DNA of 19,706 bases from assembly GCA_039794085.1 (NCBI GenBank), contig JBDIWC010000061.1:1-19706 (forward strand), given 5' to 3'. The DNA is from Gemmatimonadales bacterium (lineage in GTDB: Bacteria; Gemmatimonadota; Gemmatimonadetes; Gemmatimonadales; GWC2-71-9). The notes under the pieces are model-generated. The model was not told the DNA's origin. It saw only the letters and a list, made by a program, of their open reading frames with translations, and searched no databases. Both the position numbers and the translations under genes were made by a program. This document shows, piece after piece, positions 15,249 through 19,706 of this stretch (within the stretch, counting starts at the first letter, position 1; each line of letters opens with the position of its first letter).

Positions 15249-16532
15249 TCAGAGCACGAGGGCGAGGGGGTTCTCCAGCATGCGGGTCAGGGTGCGGAGA
15301 AAACCGGCTCCGGTGGCCCCGTCGATCACGCGGTGGTCGCAGGACATGGTCATCCGCATCCGCCGCCGGGGCACGATGGCCCCGTCCACCACGGTGGGCG
15401 TTGCCGCGATCCGTCCCACGGCGAGGATGCCCGCTTCGGGCGGATTGATGATCGCCGTGAAGTGCTCGATGTCGAACATGCCGAGATTCGAGATCGAAAA
15501 GGTGCTGCCGGTGTACTCCTCCGGCGTCAGCTTGCGGGCCCGGGCCCGGGTGGCGAGGTCGCGGGCCTCGGTGGAGAGGGTCAGAAGTCCCTTGCGGTCG
15601 GCGTGCCGGATCACGGGGGTGATGAGTCCGTCGGGAATCGCCACCGCCATGCCGAGGTGGACCTCGTGCCAGAGGCGGATGTGATCGTCCTGCCACCAGG
15701 CATTGCACGCGGGGTGCTGGACCAGCGCCGAGGCCAGCGCCTTGAGGAGGATGTCGTTGAAGGAGATGCGGCCGCGATCACCCAGCGAGTCGTTGAGGGC
15801 TGCCCGGGCCTCGGCGGCGCGTTCCATGTCGACGTCGGCGGTGAGGTAGAACGTCGGGATCGGGCCGATCGACTGGGCGAGCCGTCGGGCGATCGTCTTC
15901 CGGATCTGGCTCAGGGGCTGGTCTTCGAACCGGGGACCGCTCCCGGCGTCGGCGGGGGGGCCTGCGGTGGTCTCCGGAACCACCCGGGCCGATTCCACGT
16001 CGCGCTTGACGATGCGTCCTTCGGGGCCCGAGCCCGTGATCGACCCCAGGGTGAGGCCGCGTTCCGCCGCCATCTTCCGCGCGAGCGGGGAGGCTTTGAC
16101 GCGCCCGCCGGTCCCCGTGGCATCCCCGGTGGACACCGTGGCCTTCGTTCCCTCGGGTTCCTCCTCCTCGATCTCCGGCTCCTGCTCCCCCTCTTCCTCA
16201 CCCTCCTTTACCTTTCCCTCTTCCTTCGCCTTCGCGGCCACCGGGGCCTTCTCCTTCGCGGGCTTCGTGGAGGTCGGTGCGTCGATCGTTTCCCCGGGCT
16301 CGCCGATGTACCCCACCACCTCGGCCACCGGGACCGTGGCCCCGGCGGCCACCACCTGGCGCAGCAGGGTGCCCGAGGCGCGGGCCACCAGTTCCATGAC
16401 CGCCTTGTCGGTTTCCACCTCGGCGATCACGTCCCCCTCGGCGACGGTGTCGCCTTCCTGTCTCTTCCACTCGACCAGGCGCCCCTCCTCCATGGTCGGG
16501 GAGAGCGCTTCCATCACGATCTTGGTTGCCAT
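15249..16532 (-). CDS. pdhC: Pyruvate dehydrogenase E2, dihydrolipoamide acetyltransferase (427 aa, one lipoyl domain)
   Basis: LSPTMEEG...EVETDKA lipoyl domain, ASPLARK...GSGPEGRIVKRDV E3-binding domain, STFSISNLGMF and SCDHRVIDG catalytic motif. Start reassigned to ATG 16532. Confidence 0.95.
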   Translation of the reverse strand: MATKIVMEALSPTMEEGRLVEWKRQEGDTVAEGDVIAEVETDKAVMELVARASGTLLRQVVAAGATVPVAEVVGYIGEPGETIDAPTSTKPAKEKAPVAAKAKEEGKVKEGEEEGEQEPEIEEEEPEGTKATVSTGDATGTGGRVKASPLARKMAAERGLTLGSITGSGPEGRIVKRDVESARVVPETTAGPPADAGSGPRFEDQPLSQIRKTIARRLAQSIGPIPTFYLTADVDMERAAEARAALNDSLGDRGRISFNDILLKALASALVQHPACNAWWQDDHIRLWHEVHLGMAVAIPDGLITPVIRHADRKGLLTLSTEARDLATRARARKLTPEEYTGSTFSISNLGMFDIEHFTAIINPPEAGILAVGRIAATPTVVDGAIVPRRRMRMTMSCDHRVIDGATGAGFLRTLTRMLENPLALVL

Positions 16533-16536
16533 GAGC

Positions 16537-17517
16537 TCACGAGAGGTAGAGAACCTGTTTGGCCGCCGCCACGACCCCGGCGGGGTCGATCTTGGCGGCG
16601 CGTTCCAGGAACTTGTTGTAGGGCATGGGGACATCGGCGCCGGTGACCCGGAGCACGGGGGCATCGAGCAAGTCGAATCCTTCCCGCTGGATGAGATCGA
16701 CCACCTGGGCGCCGACGCCGGCGAAGGACCATCCCTCCTCCACGACAACCGCGCGGTTGGTTCGGGCCACGGAGGCGAGGATGGCCTCCCGGTCGAGCGG
16801 GGTGATGGTGCGGAGATCGAGCACCTCGGCCGCGATGTCCTCCTCGGCGAGCTGGTCCGCCGCCTTGAGCGCCACGGACACGCTCTTGGAATGGCAGACC
16901 AGCGTCACGTCGGTGCCACTCCGCTTGATCTCCGCGACGCCGAGAGGGGTGAGGTACTCCTCGTCCGGCACCTCGCCCTTCTGATTGTAGAGCATCTCGC
17001 CCTCGATGAACACCACCGGATCATCACTGCGGATCGCGGATTTGAGGAGTCCCTTGGCATCGGCCGGGGTGGCGGGCATCACCACCACGAGACCCGGGAT
17101 GTGGGCGTACCAGGATTCGAACGCCTGGGAGTGCTGGGCGGCGAGCTGGAGGGCGGAGCCGCCGGGGCCGCGGAACACGATCGGGCACTGCACCTGGCCG
17201 CCCGACATGTAGCGCATCTTGGCCGCGGAGTTCACGATCTCGTCGATGGCGAGAAGGGCGAAGTTCCAGGTCATGAGTTCGATGACCGGACGCAACCCCG
17301 CCATCGCGGCACCCACGCCGATCCCGGTGAATCCGAGCTCCGCGATCGGGGTGTCGACCACGCGCTCGGGACCGAACTCCTTCAGGAGGCCCCGGCTCAC
17401 CTTGTAGGCGCCATCGTACTCGGCGACTTCCTCCCCCATCAGGAAAACGTCGGGGTCGCGCGCCATCTCTTCGCGCAGCGCCTGATTGAGGGCATCCCGG
17501 TAGGTCATGATGGCCAT
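16537..17517 (-). CDS. pdhB: Pyruvate dehydrogenase E1 beta subunit
   Basis: MGEEVAEYDGAYKVS, DTPIAELGF, RPVIELMTWNF, VFRGPGG..AAQHSQ and DVPMPY motifs. Confidence 0.96.
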   Translation of the reverse strand: MAIMTYRDALNQALREEMARDPDVFLMGEEVAEYDGAYKVSRGLLKEFGPERVVDTPIAELGFTGIGVGAAMAGLRPVIELMTWNFALLAIDEIVNSAAKMRYMSGGQVQCPIVFRGPGGSALQLAAQHSQAFESWYAHIPGLVVVMPATPADAKGLLKSAIRSDDPVVFIEGEMLYNQKGEVPDEEYLTPLGVAEIKRSGTDVTLVCHSKSVSVALKAADQLAEEDIAAEVLDLRTITPLDREAILASVARTNRAVVVEEGWSFAGVGAQVVDLIQREGFDLLDAPVLRVTGADVPMPYNKFLERAAKIDPAGVVAAAKQVLYLS

Positions 17518-17519
17518 GA

Positions 17520-18530
17520 TCAGCGCGGCTCCGCGTAGACGTCGGTGTGGAGTTCCCGCTCATCGGGATCGGGAGAGTCCTCGGCGAAGGTGATCGCATC
17601 CTCGATCTCGGCGGCCACCTCCGCCACCAGGGCTTCGAGGGCCGCCTCGTCGAGGAGATCGGCCGCTCGCAGCGCGTCCGCGAGGAGGCGGATCGGGTCG
17701 CGCTGGCGGAATTCCTCGACTTCCTCGCGGGTGCGATAGGTGCCATGGGCCGCATCCGACATCGAGTGGCCGACGTACCGGTAGGTCTTCATTTCGAGGA
17801 GAGTCGGCCGGGAGTCGGTGCGGGCACGGTCCACGGCCTGGTCCACCGCGGCCTTCACGGCGAACACGTCCTGGCCGTCCACGACGTCCGCCGCCATGTC
17901 GTAGCTGTAGGCCCGGCGGGAGAGGTCGAGAATCGAACTCGCGCGCGCCAGGGCGGTCCCCATGCCGTAGCCGTTATTCTCGCAGATGAAGATCGCGGGG
18001 AGCTTCCAGAGAGCGGCCATGTTGAGTGCCTCGTGGAAGGCGCCGATGTTCATCGCCGCCTCGCCGAAAAAGCACACCGACACGGCGTTTGTTTTCCGGT
18101 ACCGCGCGGCGAAGGCCATGCCGGCGGCGAGGGGGATGTGACTGCCGACGATCCCGTGCCCGCCCATAAAGCGGAGAGAAGCATCGAAGATGTGCATGGA
18201 TCCGCCCTTGCCCTTGCTGGATCCGGTGGCCTTGCCGTACAGCTCGGCCATGATGGCGCGGGCGCTCACTCCGCGCGCCAGCGCGTGACCATGCTCCCGG
18301 TACGAGGCGGTGATCCAGTCCTCCGGCCCGAGGGCGGCCATGGTCCCCACGGCGACTGCCTCCTGGCCGATGTAGAGGTGGCAGAATCCACCGACCCGCC
18401 CCAGGCTGTAGGCCTCACCGGCTTTTTCCTCGAACTTCCGGATCAGCATCATCTGGCGGAGGTACCCGATCACCGTGTCCCGGGGCAGGTCCGTCACGGC
18501 CGGGGGAGCCCCGGTATCGGGCGTCGTCAC
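17520..18530 (-). CDS. pdhA: Pyruvate dehydrogenase E1 alpha subunit (336 aa)
   Basis: GGFCHLYIGQEA, YREHGH, GKGGSMH, GGHGIVG, TPP motif (FGEAA...ENNGY) and YRYVGHSMSD. Start reassigned to GTG 18530, which overlaps the lipA TGA and has GAGG just upstream. Confidence 0.96.
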   Translation of the reverse strand: MTTPDTGAPPAVTDLPRDTVIGYLRQMMLIRKFEEKAGEAYSLGRVGGFCHLYIGQEAVAVGTMAALGPEDWITASYREHGHALARGVSARAIMAELYGKATGSSKGKGGSMHIFDASLRFMGGHGIVGSHIPLAAGMAFAARYRKTNAVSVCFFGEAAMNIGAFHEALNMAALWKLPAIFICENNGYGMGTALARASSILDLSRRAYSYDMAADVVDGQDVFAVKAAVDQAVDRARTDSRPTLLEMKTYRYVGHSMSDAAHGTYRTREEVEEFRQRDPIRLLADALRAADLLDEAALEALVAEVAAEIEDAITFAEDSPDPDERELHTDVYAEPR

Positions 18531-19477
18531 GTAGTCCTCGCGGTCAGGGCCTTGTCCACCTGTTCCCAGGCGTGGTAACTCGATCGGGTGAGGGGGCTCG
18601 CCTCGACGTGGGCAAATCCCATCTCCCGGCCCACCGCCTTCAACTCGGCGAATTCGGCGGGCGTGTAATACCGGGCGACGGGAAGATGGCCGTCGGAAGG
18701 GCGGAGATACTGGCCCAGGGTGAGAATGTTCACGTCGCTCCGGCGGAGATCGCGCATGGCCACCAGGACTTCGTCCCATTCCTCGCCCATGCCGAGGATG
18801 ATGCCCGACTTGGTCAGGGCGTTGGGCGAGCGTTCCCGCGCGGTGGCCAGGAGGCGCAGGGCCCGGTCATAGCGTCCGCCGGGGCGGGCCCGCCGGTAGA
18901 GGCGCTCCACCGTTTCCAGGTTGTGGTTGAGAATGGCGGGCCGCGCATCGAGCACGAGCTGCAGGGCGGTGGCCGATCCCTTGAAATCGGGAATGAGCAC
19001 CTCGACCGTGGTGTCCGGCAACCGCGACCGGATCTCCGTGACACAGGCGGCAAACGCCTCGGCTCCCCCGTTCGGAAGATCGTCCCGATCCACCGAGGTG
19101 ATCACCACGTGGGCGAGGCCCATCCGGGCCACGGCCTCCGCCAGGCGGACGGGTTCCACCGGGTCGTAGGCCTTCGGTGTCCCGTGGGCCACCGCGCAGT
19201 AGGCGCAGTTCCGCGTGCACACGTCTCCCAGAATCATGAACGTGGCCGCCTGATGCTCCCAGCACTCGCCGATGTTGGGGCAGCGGGCCTCCTCGCAGAC
19301 GGTGTGCAGTCCGAGCTCGCGCATCATCCCGCGGATGCGGGCATAGTTGGCTCCCCCCGGCGCCCGCACCTTGATCCACGACGGTTTCCGCACGGCGGGA
19401 GGGGTCATCACCGGCAGGGGACGAGGGACGGGTGGGGCGGTTTCTCGGGTGAGCTGGACGAGCGGCACTGCACTCAC
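18527..19477 (-). CDS. lipA: Lipoyl synthase (316 aa)
   Basis: RKPSWIK, TVCEEARCPNIGEC (CX4CX5C), CTRNCAYC (radical SAM CX3CX2C), TSVDRDDL, NHNLETV, GQYLRP and RSSYHA. Start taken as GTG 19477 with GAGGT upstream. Confidence 0.97.
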   Translation of the reverse strand: MSAVPLVQLTRETAPPVPRPLPVMTPPAVRKPSWIKVRAPGGANYARIRGMMRELGLHTVCEEARCPNIGECWEHQAATFMILGDVCTRNCAYCAVAHGTPKAYDPVEPVRLAEAVARMGLAHVVITSVDRDDLPNGGAEAFAACVTEIRSRLPDTTVEVLIPDFKGSATALQLVLDARPAILNHNLETVERLYRRARPGGRYDRALRLLATARERSPNALTKSGIILGMGEEWDEVLVAMRDLRRSDVNILTLGQYLRPSDGHLPVARYYTPAEFAELKAVGREMGFAHVEASPLTRSSYHAWEQVDKALTARTT

Positions 19478-19560
19478 GCGGACCTCAAGGGTGAAGGGAC
19501 AACCTCCGGGACAAGTGCGGAAAAATAGTCGGCCCGCCATCTGAAGGCCACGCCTTCGGC

Positions 19561-19581
19561 AGGGGATAGGGAATAGGGAAT
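19561..19581. repeat. Heptamer tandem repeat AGGG(G/A)AT x3
   Basis: AGGGGAT AGGGAAT AGGGAAT in the non-coding region upstream of lipA. Confidence 0.75.
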
Positions 19582-19657
19582 CACTACTGTCCGGTTAGAA
19601 GTCGAAGAGTGACAATTGGTTACGGTTGGGGGTCGTGTCCGAAGTGTGGGGGGACCC

Positions 19658-19688
19658 CGAAAAAGCCTGTGCCAACGGCACTTTTTCG
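19658..19688 (+). terminator. Intrinsic-terminator-like hairpin
   Basis: GTGCC-AAC-GGCAC (19669-19681) followed by TTTTT. The stem can be extended by CGAAAAA (19658-19664) pairing with TTTTTCG (19682-19688). No upstream plus-strand gene is visible, so its role is unclear. Confidence 0.35.
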
Positions 19689-19706
19689 AAGGCGCAGACG
19701 CTGATG

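Noticed and set aside
13818..16646. 942-aa plus-strand ORF, and similar long ORFs at 170-1045, 4369-5430, 9756-11465, 12068-13534, 15967-17538, 17547-18578 and 18572-19528
   Set aside because: Each lies antisense to well-supported genes and has the composition expected of shadow frames.
19609..19623. PdhR operator upstream of the PDH operon (AATTGGT at 19614-19620)
   Set aside because: Only one half of the AATTGGT-N3-ACCAATT palindrome is present, and no GntR regulator gene is in the window.

Overview
High-GC bacterial chromosomal window, probably a metagenomic contig end. Gene content and order suggest Gemmatimonadota, but this is an unverified inference. Bases 1-106 are a poly-G tract that is most likely a sequencing artefact. 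There are three transcription blocks. (1) Minus strand: hisIE-dnaE-accA-ricT/PSP1. The last gene is missing from the ORF track because it runs off the window without a stop. The block appears to be driven by a near-consensus leaderless promoter (TTGACA-18-TACCTT-6-ATG). (2) Plus strand, divergent from block 1: a tightly packed four-gene peptidase locus encoding an HExxH metalloprotease lipoprotein, a PorV/FadL-like outer-membrane beta-barrel, a membrane-anchored HExxH aminopeptidase and an M20 dipeptidase. (3) Minus strand: lipA-pdhA-pdhB-pdhC-lpdA-(unknown 4-TM protein)-lipB, followed by an unknown 186-aa helical protein. Blocks 2 and 3 converge on a ~640-bp non-coding region (11385-12020) built from nested, inverted arrays of short tandem repeats (AGGAC/GTCCT-core heptamers and CACA-core 9-mers), hairpins, a G12 run and an AT-rich patch. 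The best candidates for undescribed biology are that repeat architecture, the peptidase/barrel locus, an extra CX3CX2C motif in the RicT protein, and the membrane protein embedded in the PDH/lipoate operon. No rRNA, tRNA, CRISPR array, transposase or integrase was seen.
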